A DNA stretch of 64,000 nucleotides from an uncultured Solirubrobacterales bacterium (lineage in GTDB: Bacteria; Actinomycetota; Thermoleophilia; Solirubrobacterales; 70-9), in assembly GCA_963817945.1 (NCBI GenBank), contig CAWFQH010000005.1, positions 117,257-181,256 of the forward strand, written 5' to 3'. Both the position numbers and the translations under genes were made by a program. Of this stretch, positions 47,662-54,891 are shown in pieces (the stretch's first letter is position 1; each line of letters begins with the position of its first letter). A model generated the notes under the pieces. The model saw only the letters and a program-made list of their open reading frames with translations, ran no database searches and was not told where the DNA came from.

Positions 47662-47937
47662 ATGGTCTACATCTATAAAGTCAAGATGACTTCCGGTGGC
47701 AGCAATCACAGCCACATCGCCGCCGTAAAATGGAAAAACCCGGACAGCGGAAAATCCGGTGAATCAACTCAACAAACGATGGTTGAGTGGATTTCCAAGA
47801 AAAATGGGTCCGCTTACGTCTGTGGCGACCATGCCCACATAGCGAAAGTGGGCGTAGTTAAAGGCAATCCGCCATATATCCGCACCTTCGCAGACGGATC
47901 GTGGAGCGACAACCTCCTCAATCTACCTCGATATTGA
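47662..47937 (+). CDS. DUF3892-like small protein
   Basis: 91 aa; ...HSHIAAVKW...PPYIRTFADGSWSDNLLNLPRY matches my recollection of the DUF3892 C-terminal signature. Local GC is about 50% against about 70% background. Confidence 0.65.
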   Translation: MVYIYKVKMTSGGSNHSHIAAVKWKNPDSGKSGESTQQTMVEWISKKNGSAYVCGDHAHIAKVGVVKGNPPYIRTFADGSWSDNLLNLPRY

Positions 47938-47961
47938 GACCTTCTGCGCGGTCGGTCATCC

Positions 47962-48846
47962 TTGACCGCGAATTCGATGCGCTTCCTACGCCGAAGAAGC
48001 CGATCATCAAAGAAGGAGCAAGCGCCTCCGCTACTGGCCTACCCCTATTACGTCGACAGCCGCGGTCTCCGTGGTCTCGCGGACTCCCTCGCGATCGAGC
48101 TGCCAACGATTCGCGAAAAGAAGAAGTCCGGTCGAGTGGGTGCTCAAACTCATGGCGTCGGGGCTGAGCGGGGCTGGGAAGAGGGACGAGAGCTAGAAGG
48201 ACATATCCATCTGAATGTGCTTGCTGAGCAGCTAAGGCGGAGCGCGGCGGCACGGGAGATCATTGATGTCCTGAGCTTGATCCCCCAGGTTCACGACCGT
48301 GGCATTCTCGACGCTGCAATAAGCCACATGCAAAACATGCCTCCCGATGACCTATCCGATGATCTATCTGAGCGCCTGCAATCGGCCTACGAGACCGCAC
48401 GGGTCCGCGAGATGGCCTTAGCCAAGCAACTGGAGCTGCAACAGGTCGCCGCACAAAACCAGCTCGTGATTCTCAGAGGGACGTTTGAGGCCGTCACGGA
48501 GGGAGACTGTTCCTGCGTCAGGCTGACCCACCTTGAGCCTTCGGAGGTCGTAGCCGAGAGCGTTGATATTCCAGAGGCCGAGGCCGTAGCCGGGGTCGCA
48601 GAGATGCCGATGCCCGAAGACGTTGGGATCGAGGCGGTACTCCCCGCAGATGATGCGTTCACCGCAGACGGCCGCGAGCGCCTAAATCGGGGTGCCCCGT
48701 TTTATGGTCGGCTGATCGGCCACAGCGCTAGCTTTGACTCAAACAGCGGCATCCTGACCTGCTCGGCATATGCCGTATGGGGTATGCCGCGACCAGCCGA
48801 GCTTCTCGCCCACCCTCGCCATTACGATTTTCTGGAGGGAAAATGA
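47962..48846 (+). CDS. hypothetical protein (cargo gene 2; alternative start ATG 47977)
   Basis: 294 aa, reduced GC. No family recognised. Confidence 0.55.
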   Translation: MTANSMRFLRRRSRSSKKEQAPPLLAYPYYVDSRGLRGLADSLAIELPTIREKKKSGRVGAQTHGVGAERGWEEGRELEGHIHLNVLAEQLRRSAAAREIIDVLSLIPQVHDRGILDAAISHMQNMPPDDLSDDLSERLQSAYETARVREMALAKQLELQQVAAQNQLVILRGTFEAVTEGDCSCVRLTHLEPSEVVAESVDIPEAEAVAGVAEMPMPEDVGIEAVLPADDAFTADGRERLNRGAPFYGRLIGHSASFDSNSGILTCSAYAVWGMPRPAELLAHPRHYDFLEGK

Positions 48847-49100
48847 ACTTCGACGGCGCTGTCATTCGAGAGCAGGGGGTCACGTTCGCCATAGCCGTTG
48901 TCAGGCGCGGTGTCCTCGCGGCTCCCGTCGAACGCGACAAAACTCTGAGCTACTTTCAGGGCTTCTTCGGCGGGATACCCGTGGTCCTGATGGAGCAAGA
49001 CCACAACGGCGTTCCGACTTGGTACGGGCGTCCCGACTTGACGCGCTTTCTGCAAAACGTGCCGGTCGACACTATTCCCTGGAAGCGCTACTCAGCGTAG
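48843..49100 (+). CDS. hypothetical protein (cargo gene 3)
   Basis: ATG 48843 overlaps the previous stop (ATGA). 85 aa: MNFDGAVIREQGVTFAIAVV... No family recognised. Confidence 0.5.
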   Translation: MNFDGAVIREQGVTFAIAVVRRGVLAAPVERDKTLSYFQGFFGGIPVVLMEQDHNGVPTWYGRPDLTRFLQNVPVDTIPWKRYSA

Positions 49101-49128
49101 CGTTAACGCCCATTGGCTAGGTTCCTCG

Positions 49129-49160
49129 TGGGGACAGCCGTGGGGACGGGATGGGGACAG
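49129..49160. repeat. three TGGGGAC(A/G)G direct repeats (candidate integrase arm sites), right arm of the intact element
   Basis: tggggacagccgtggggacgggatggggacag, 40-70 nt from att copy C. Confidence 0.45.
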
Positions 49161-49187
49161 AACTGACCCCCGCTGACCCCTTATGAC

Positions 49188-49243
49188 CCCGCAATCCCTG
49201 CCTAGAAGCCCAGCGCGAACTTGGCGTCCTCGGACATCATCTC
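49188..49243. repeat. att copy C (functional 3' end of sufT)
   Basis: cccgcaatccctgcctagaagcccagcgcgaacttggcgtcctcggacatcatctc. Contains the sufT stop and its last 13 codons. Confidence 0.85.
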
Positions 49244-49519
49244 CGGGGACCAGGGGGGGTCGAAGACCATCTTCGGGTGGACGGCGCTGACGCCGGGGAG
49301 GTCGCCGACGAACTCCTTCATCTGCTCGGAGACCTGGGGGCCGATCGGACAGGCGGGAGTGGTCAGGGTGAAGGTGACGTAGACGTCCTCGTTCTCGATC
49401 TCGACGTCGTAGACGAGGCCGAGCGAGACGAAGTCGAGCCCCAGCTCGGGGTCGATCACCTCCTCGAGGGCCTCCATGACGTCGTCCTCGGTCAGCACCT
49501 CGGTTTGGTTCTCAGGCAT
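49202..49519 (-). CDS. sufT: DUF59/SufT-like Fe-S assembly protein
   Basis: ATG 49519 within ORF 49202..49879. VMEALEEVIDPELGLDFVSLGLVY...TLTTPACPIGPQV. Confidence 0.85.
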   Translation of the reverse strand: MPENQTEVLTEDDVMEALEEVIDPELGLDFVSLGLVYDVEIENEDVYVTFTLTTPACPIGPQVSEQMKEFVGDLPGVSAVHPKMVFDPPWSPEMMSEDAKFALGF

Positions 49520-50072
49520 CGGCCAATGGTAGCCGGGCCGGGCCCTGCGGCGAGAGGGGATCCGCTGGAGGCCCGTCGGCCGGATGCAGCTCCAGCTGCC
49601 ACCAGCCGACGTCTCGCCAAGCGCCGGCCTTCCAGCCGATCCTGCGGTAGATGCCGACCGGGACGAAACCGAGGTCCTCGTGCAGGGCGACGCTGGCCTC
49701 GTTGGGCAAGGTGATGCCGGCGCAGGCGACGTGGAAGCCCTGCTGCCGCAGGCGCAGCAGGAGCTCGGTGTAGAGAGCCCGGCCGTAGCCCCTGCCGCGC
49801 CTGTCCTCCGCCACGTAGACCGAGACGTCGATAGCCCAGCGGTAGGCCGGACGCGAGCGGTGCGGGTAGGCGTAGGCATAGGCGACGACCTTACGGTCGA
49901 GCTCAGCGACTACCCAGAGGTGAGTGGCCATCGTCTGAGCGATGCGTTCCGCGAACTGGGTTGCGGTCGGCGCCGCCTCCTCGAAGGAGGTCGCTCCTTC
50001 CAACACGTGGGGGGCGTAGATCGCAGCGCAGGCAGCCCCGTCGGCCTCCGGGTCGGCGGTGCGGATGGTCAT
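49512..50072 (-). CDS. GNAT family N-acetyltransferase (phosphinothricin acetyltransferase-like)
   Basis: ATG 50072. ...YVAEDRRGRGYGRALYTELL...NEASVALHEDLGFVPVG. Overlaps the sufT start by 8 nt. Confidence 0.8.
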   Translation of the reverse strand: MTIRTADPEADGAACAAIYAPHVLEGATSFEEAAPTATQFAERIAQTMATHLWVVAELDRKVVAYAYAYPHRSRPAYRWAIDVSVYVAEDRRGRGYGRALYTELLLRLRQQGFHVACAGITLPNEASVALHEDLGFVPVGIYRRIGWKAGAWRDVGWWQLELHPADGPPADPLSPQGPARLPLADA

Positions 50073-50105
50073 CGGCTCGCCATCGGTCACTAGGCTGCCG
50101 AGCTT

Positions 50106-50501
50106 ATGAGCGCAGGCGACGGCCAGATCCAGCGGCGCTCGATTGGCATCGTCTTCTCCGACGGTGGCCTGCTGGCGCTGAGCGCGTCCCGACCGCAGGG
50201 GGCGGGCGGGCACGGCGAGGAGCAGGTCAGTGCCGTCCTCTGCGACCCCGACGGAGCGCCGGTCGAGGTCTCCGAGGTGCTGCTCTCGACCGAGTACGGC
50301 GACGACGGGGTGCAGCGTCGGGCGACGCTGGAGCTTTGGGTCGACGGCGAGGACGGACAGCCGCTACGCGGCGCTGGGACCCTGATCAGCGCCGCCAAGG
50401 TCCGTCAGGAGGGCCTGACCGCCGACATCGCCTTCTTCCGCTGGTCGCTCGAGGGTCGCGAGGGCCTCGGTCACTACGAGGTGGTCCGCGCCAGTGGCTG
50501 A
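50106..50501 (+). CDS. hypothetical protein
   Basis: 131 aa with high GC3. Overlaps the HAD gene start by 8 nt. Confidence 0.4.
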   Translation: MSAGDGQIQRRSIGIVFSDGGLLALSASRPQGAGGHGEEQVSAVLCDPDGAPVEVSEVLLSTEYGDDGVQRRATLELWVDGEDGQPLRGAGTLISAAKVRQEGLTADIAFFRWSLEGREGLGHYEVVRASG

Positions 50502-51138
50502 GGGGAATGGCATCGAGGCGGTCATCTCCGACTTCGGCGGGGTGCTGACGACGCCGCTGATCCAGTCCTTCATGGCCTTCCAGGACAGGACCGGGATCAC
50601 CACGGAGATGCTGGGCAAGGGGATGCAGGCCGCCACCGAGGCGAACGGCGAAAACCCGCTCTTCCAGATGGAGCGGGGCGAGATAACCGAGGTCGCCTTC
50701 CTCGAGCAGCTGAGCGACAGCCTCGAGCCGCTGCTCGGCCACCGACCCGAGATGCACCGCTTCAAAGAGATCTACTTCGAGGCGCTGGAGCCGAACCCGC
50801 CGATGATCGACCTGATGCGGGAGCTGAAGGGGAGCGGCTATCGAATGGCGATGCTGACCAACAACGTCAAGGAGTGGGAGCCGCTCTGGCGCTCGATGCT
50901 GCCCGTCGACGAGATCTTCGAGCTCGTGGTCGATTCCGGCTTCGTCGGCTGCCGCAAGCCGGAATCCCGCATCTACGCGCTCACCCTCGAACGGATCGGC
51001 CTACCAGCCGAGGCCTGTCTCTTCGTCGACGACGTGCTGGTCAACTGCGAAGGAGCCCGCAAGGCCGGCATCGAGGCCGTCCACTTCCAGGACAACGAAC
51101 AGGCGACGGTGGAGGTTCGCGCTCGCCTGGAGAACTAA
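50494..51138 (+). CDS. HAD-superfamily hydrolase
   Basis: Motif I VISDFGGVL, TNN and the C-terminal FVDD motif. Confidence 0.85.
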   Translation: MAEGNGIEAVISDFGGVLTTPLIQSFMAFQDRTGITTEMLGKGMQAATEANGENPLFQMERGEITEVAFLEQLSDSLEPLLGHRPEMHRFKEIYFEALEPNPPMIDLMRELKGSGYRMAMLTNNVKEWEPLWRSMLPVDEIFELVVDSGFVGCRKPESRIYALTLERIGLPAEACLFVDDVLVNCEGARKAGIEAVHFQDNEQATVEVRARLEN

Positions 51139-51250
51139 TCAGGCCGCGCAGGTCGGGGGATGCAGGGAGGACGACGAGGGGAGCGCACTCTCGTGCGTGA
51201 CCCGAGGAGTCCGACCGAAGACCCCGAGATGCGCGGCCTGATTAGTTCTC
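51130..51250. repeat. imperfect palindromic intergenic element, copy 2 of 3
   Basis: 21-bp perfect terminal inverted repeat gagaactaatcaggccgcgca / tgcgcggcctgattagttctc spanning the stop codons of both convergent genes. The core closely matches copy 1. Confidence 0.7.
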
Positions 51251-51697
51251 GGAGCCGGCGCGGTCCCAGACGTAGAGCTCGACCGCCTCGACCGCGAGCT
51301 CCATCAGGCGCGGCGAGGAGAGCATGTCGAGGACCAGCTCGAGCGCGTCCTCCTCGGTGAGGCCAGCGTCGACCGCCTCCTCGCCGCGGAAGCCGGCGGC
51401 CAGCTTCAGGGCCTCGCGGCGGTTGTCGCCGAGCGAGCCGAAGGCGCCCATGAGGAAGTCGCGGTTGGGGAGCGGCTGGCCCAGCTCAAGCGAGCCGTGC
51501 CAGGCGGCGAGCATCGAGAGGTCGTGCTCGTCCAGCTCCGAGAGCGCTTTTGCGTAGTGGACTTCGAGCTCCTGGTCGGGGATCTCGTCGACCCAGGCGC
51601 GAACCGCCTCGCCGAGTAGCTGGCGACGGGCCTCGCGACCGATCGAGTCGGCGATGGCACGGATGGCGTCGGCTGGATCTACGAAGCAGAGGGACAT
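51242..51697 (-). CDS. hypothetical protein
   Basis: ATG 51697 within ORF 51242..52525. The upstream extension is Arg/Pro-rich shadow of the plus-strand gene. Confidence 0.5.
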   Translation of the reverse strand: MSLCFVDPADAIRAIADSIGREARRQLLGEAVRAWVDEIPDQELEVHYAKALSELDEHDLSMLAAWHGSLELGQPLPNRDFLMGAFGSLGDNRREALKLAAGFRGEEAVDAGLTEEDALELVLDMLSSPRLMELAVEAVELYVWDRAGSEN

Positions 51698-51828
51698 TCG
51701 CTGTGGCCAATCTAGAGAGGGCTCAAGACGGCAAAGCCGGGCGCGGATTTGCCGCAATTGCGGCCTTCCCGGCGCTGCCTCGGTCGCCGGGCGCGCGCCG
51801 GAGGCCGACCTATGCTGGAACGTCCGCG

Positions 51829-54800
51829 ATGCCGCTGAAGCTGATCCATGGACCGCCCAACTCGGGCCGCGCCGGCCTGATTCGGAAGCGGTTCGATGCG
51901 GCGTTGGACCGCGACCCCGTCCTCGTCGTCCCCACCCTGGACGACGTCTACGCGTTCGAGCGCGAGCTGTGCGAGCGCGGCGCCATCCTGGGAGGGACGG
52001 CGACGACCTTCCGCGGGCTCTTCCGGGCAGTGGCAGTCGCCGGGGGGGCGCCGCCTGCGGGCGAGCTGACACCAGCCCAGCGGCTGCGGGCGATCTCGAT
52101 CGCGATCGAGGAGCGACGAGAGATGCTCGGGCCACTGCGGCGCTCTGCCGGCCGGCCCGGATTCGCACTCGCCTTTGAGCGCCTGCTGGATGAGCTGCAG
52201 GCAGCGGGAATCGAGCCGGCCGCAGTCGAGGGCGGCGCCGGAACGCTCGAGGGCTCCGCCTACCTCGGCGACCTCGTCTCCCTCTTTGCCGGCTACGTCG
52301 AGATCCGCGATCGCCTCGGCCGCACCGATTCGCACGGCGTCGCCCGGCAGGCGATCGCGGTCCTGTACGAAGGGGGCACGCCGTGGCGCCGGCCGGTCTT
52401 CCTCTACGGGCTCGACGACCTGACGGCGAACCAGTTCGAGCTGATCGAGGCGCTGGCTCGTTCGGTTGAGGTGACCCTCGCCCTTCCATACGAGGAGGGC
52501 AGTGGCGCTCTGGCCGCACGCGCATCCCTGCTGGAGCGCCTGCGGGCGCTCGGAGCTGCCGAGGAGACGCGCACCGCGCCCGATCCGGCCAACACCCCCA
52601 ATCCGCTGCTCTTCCACCTTGAGCGCAGCTTCGGCACCCCCGACCCCGGCCGCCGTGAGCCAGGCCCCGGGCTGACGATCCTGCGCTCTGCCGGCGAGCG
52701 CGGCGAAGCCGAGTCGATCGGGGCCGAGGTCGCGAAGCTGGTCGCGGGCGGGGCCGATCCGGGCGAGGTCGCGATCGTCGTACGCGATCCCGAGCGACGC
52801 GGGCCCCTTCTCGCCTCGGTGCTCGAGGGCTACGGCGTAGCGGTGGCGCTGGAGGCAGAGCTGCCGGTCGCCGCCACCTCGGTGGGCGGCACCCTGCTGG
52901 CGCTGCTGGCGGCGACGCGACCGCAAGGCACGACCGGCGATCTGCTCCGCTTCATGCGCGGGCCCTCGGCCCTACCGCGGGGACAGGTCGACTGGTTCGA
53001 GCGCGCCCTGCGCAGGCGGCGTCTGCGAACCGCGGCCGCCGGCCTCGAGCTGTGGCGGGACCGCCACGAGTCGGTTCCCGGCGACATCGCACGGGTTGAG
53101 GAGGCGGCTGAGCGCGGGCCTGCCCAGCTAGCAGCCACGCTCGGGCGGCTCGCGGTGACGATGGCCGGGCGCCCTCTGCGAGGCGAGGGCGACGGCCCGT
53201 CGCCGGGTCCACAGGACTGGACCGAGCTGCGCGCGGCGGCGGCGATCTCGACCGCGCTCTCAGAGCTGGCCGAGCCCGCTGCGCTGGCGCCCGCCGCCGA
53301 GCAGCTGGCCGCCACGGTCGAAGCGATTCGCTTTCGCGCTTGGAGCGGCCCTGTCGAGGGACGGGTACGGATTGCCAGCCCCTACGCGCTGCGCGCCGCC
53401 CGCTTCGACCACGTCTTCGTCGCCTCGCTGCAGGAGGGCGAGTTCCCGCGCGCCGAACGGGGCGGCGACCCCTTCCTCTCGGACTCGCAACGGGAATCGC
53501 TCGGCCTCGACCGGCGGCGCGAGGGCGAGCTCGAGGAGCGCTACCTCTTCCACGCCTGCCTGGCCCTCCCCCGCCAGAGCCTCTTCCTCTCCTACCGCGA
53601 CAGCGACGAAAATGGGGTCGCCGAGCAACGCTCGCCGTTGTTGGGTGAAATCCGGCGCCTGCTCGATCCGCCCCCTACCCCCGATGAGCCCGACACGGTC
53701 GAAGCCGCGATCGTCCGCGGGCGCAATCTGGCGCAGGTCGTCCATTGCATCGCCGAGGCGCCTTCCGAAGGGGAGCTGGCACGAGCCGTTGCCGCCCACG
53801 GCGCAGACGCAGATGCCGCCGCCTTGCTCGCCGCGGCAGCGGTCGGCGAACCGGCAGCGGGGCGGGTCGCCGCCCGGGTCGAGGCGGGACGAGCGGCGGA
53901 GGCGGCCGCAAGGGCGCCGGGCCCACTGGCGAACCCGGCCGTGATCGAGGCCCTCGCCGCGGTCCCGGCCCATGGTGGCACCACCCTCGAGGGGTTCGAC
54001 CTCTGCTCCTACCGCTGGTTCGTATCGCACGAGCTGCGCCCGCAGCCGCTGGATCCGGCTCCCGACCCACTCCTGCAGGGCGGGCTCATGCACGCCGTCC
54101 TCCACCGCCTCTACACCGATCATCCCGGCGGCGACGCCCTCCCCCGCCCCGCCTCGCTGCCCGCTTGGAACGAGCGCGGCCGCGCCCTTGTCGCCGAGAC
54201 GGCGGCCGCCTTCGAGCTGGGCGATAGCCCGGCCGAGCGGGCGATCGTCCGCCGGGTCGAAGGCTTGCTGGCCCGCTTTCTCGCTGAGGAGTCGGGCCGC
54301 GAGGCGCGCTTTCAACCGTGGCTCCTGGAGGCCGGATTCGGCGGCGAAGAGGGGAATCAGCAGCCGGCCCTGGAGATCGACGGATGGCGCCTGCACGGGG
54401 CGATCGACCGGGTCGACCGCGACGAGCGCGGCCGGGCGCTGGTCCTCGACTACAAGCTTGCGGGCGCGGTGACGCCGCGCGGCAAGCTGGAGGAGCAGGC
54501 GAAGCTGCAGCTGCAGCTCTACCTGATCGCCGTCGCCGAGCTCTGGGGCGCGGAGCCGGCCGGCGCCCTCTACCACCCGTTGCGCGGCACCTCGGCACGA
54601 CGGCCGCGGGGCCTTGTGCTCGACGAGGTCGCTGAGGGTCTCGCCGGCTTTGGGCTCGCCCGTACCGACCTGGTCGATCACGAGGGGTTCGAGGAGCTGC
54701 TGGCCGACGCCCGCCGACGGGCCGGCGAGATCGTCGCCCGCATGCGCCGGGGGGATATCCGGCGCGACCCCGGTCCGCGCCGCGGGCTGCGCGGTCACGG

Positions 54801-54891
54801 CATCTGCCCCCCCTTCTGCGACTTCGCGCCGATCTGCCGCCGCGACCGGGCGCCGGTCGAGCCGCGCGAGGAGGAGGCGGAGGAGCGATGA
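51829..54891 (+). CDS. AddB-like helicase-nuclease subunit (PD-(D/E)XK nuclease with C-terminal Cys cluster)
   Basis: ATG 51829. N-terminal GPPNSGRAG P-loop. C-terminal ...LVLDYK...CPPFCDFAPIC. Confidence 0.8.
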   Translation: MPLKLIHGPPNSGRAGLIRKRFDAALDRDPVLVVPTLDDVYAFERELCERGAILGGTATTFRGLFRAVAVAGGAPPAGELTPAQRLRAISIAIEERREMLGPLRRSAGRPGFALAFERLLDELQAAGIEPAAVEGGAGTLEGSAYLGDLVSLFAGYVEIRDRLGRTDSHGVARQAIAVLYEGGTPWRRPVFLYGLDDLTANQFELIEALARSVEVTLALPYEEGSGALAARASLLERLRALGAAEETRTAPDPANTPNPLLFHLERSFGTPDPGRREPGPGLTILRSAGERGEAESIGAEVAKLVAGGADPGEVAIVVRDPERRGPLLASVLEGYGVAVALEAELPVAATSVGGTLLALLAATRPQGTTGDLLRFMRGPSALPRGQVDWFERALRRRRLRTAAAGLELWRDRHESVPGDIARVEEAAERGPAQLAATLGRLAVTMAGRPLRGEGDGPSPGPQDWTELRAAAAISTALSELAEPAALAPAAEQLAATVEAIRFRAWSGPVEGRVRIASPYALRAARFDHVFVASLQEGEFPRAERGGDPFLSDSQRESLGLDRRREGELEERYLFHACLALPRQSLFLSYRDSDENGVAEQRSPLLGEIRRLLDPPPTPDEPDTVEAAIVRGRNLAQVVHCIAEAPSEGELARAVAAHGADADAAALLAAAAVGEPAAGRVAARVEAGRAAEAAARAPGPLANPAVIEALAAVPAHGGTTLEGFDLCSYRWFVSHELRPQPLDPAPDPLLQGGLMHAVLHRLYTDHPGGDALPRPASLPAWNERGRALVAETAAAFELGDSPAERAIVRRVEGLLARFLAEESGREARFQPWLLEAGFGGEEGNQQPALEIDGWRLHGAIDRVDRDERGRALVLDYKLAGAVTPRGKLEEQAKLQLQLYLIAVAELWGAEPAGALYHPLRGTSARRPRGLVLDEVAEGLAGFGLARTDLVDHEGFEELLADARRRAGEIVARMRRGDIRRDPGPRRGLRGHGICPPFCDFAPICRRDRAPVEPREEEAEER

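Larger units (their letters stand above)
36261..49243. mobile_element. composite integrated element at the sufT 3' end: degraded element (36261-40250) plus intact integrative mobilizable element (40207-49243)
   Basis: Three direct copies of the sufT 3' terminus, a tyrosine integrase, an excisionase-like HTH, a MOBF relaxase, low-GC cargo and a duplicated relaxase 3' fragment. Confidence 0.8.

Noticed and set aside
47521-47715. Minus-strand ORF 47521..47715 between the integrase and the DUF3892-like gene.
   Set aside because: It overlaps the integrase stop and the DUF3892-like gene start, and has no RBS and no recognisable features. It is probably spurious.
36261-49243. A tRNA or tmRNA gene as the integration target of the element.
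   Set aside because: No cloverleaf-like sequence lies near any of the three repeat copies. The repeat is in frame with, and forms the 3' end of, the DUF59/SufT coding sequence.
51698-52525. The N-terminal 276 codons of ORF 51242..52525 -, and likewise the long N-terminal extensions of ORFs 49202..49879 -, 62084..62839 -, 30935..31726 -, 17322..18155 + and 22752..23345 +.
   Set aside because: The extensions are Arg/Pro-rich, overlap other well-supported genes, and precede internal starts that are followed immediately by the conserved N-termini of the recognised families. The genes were trimmed to the internal starts.
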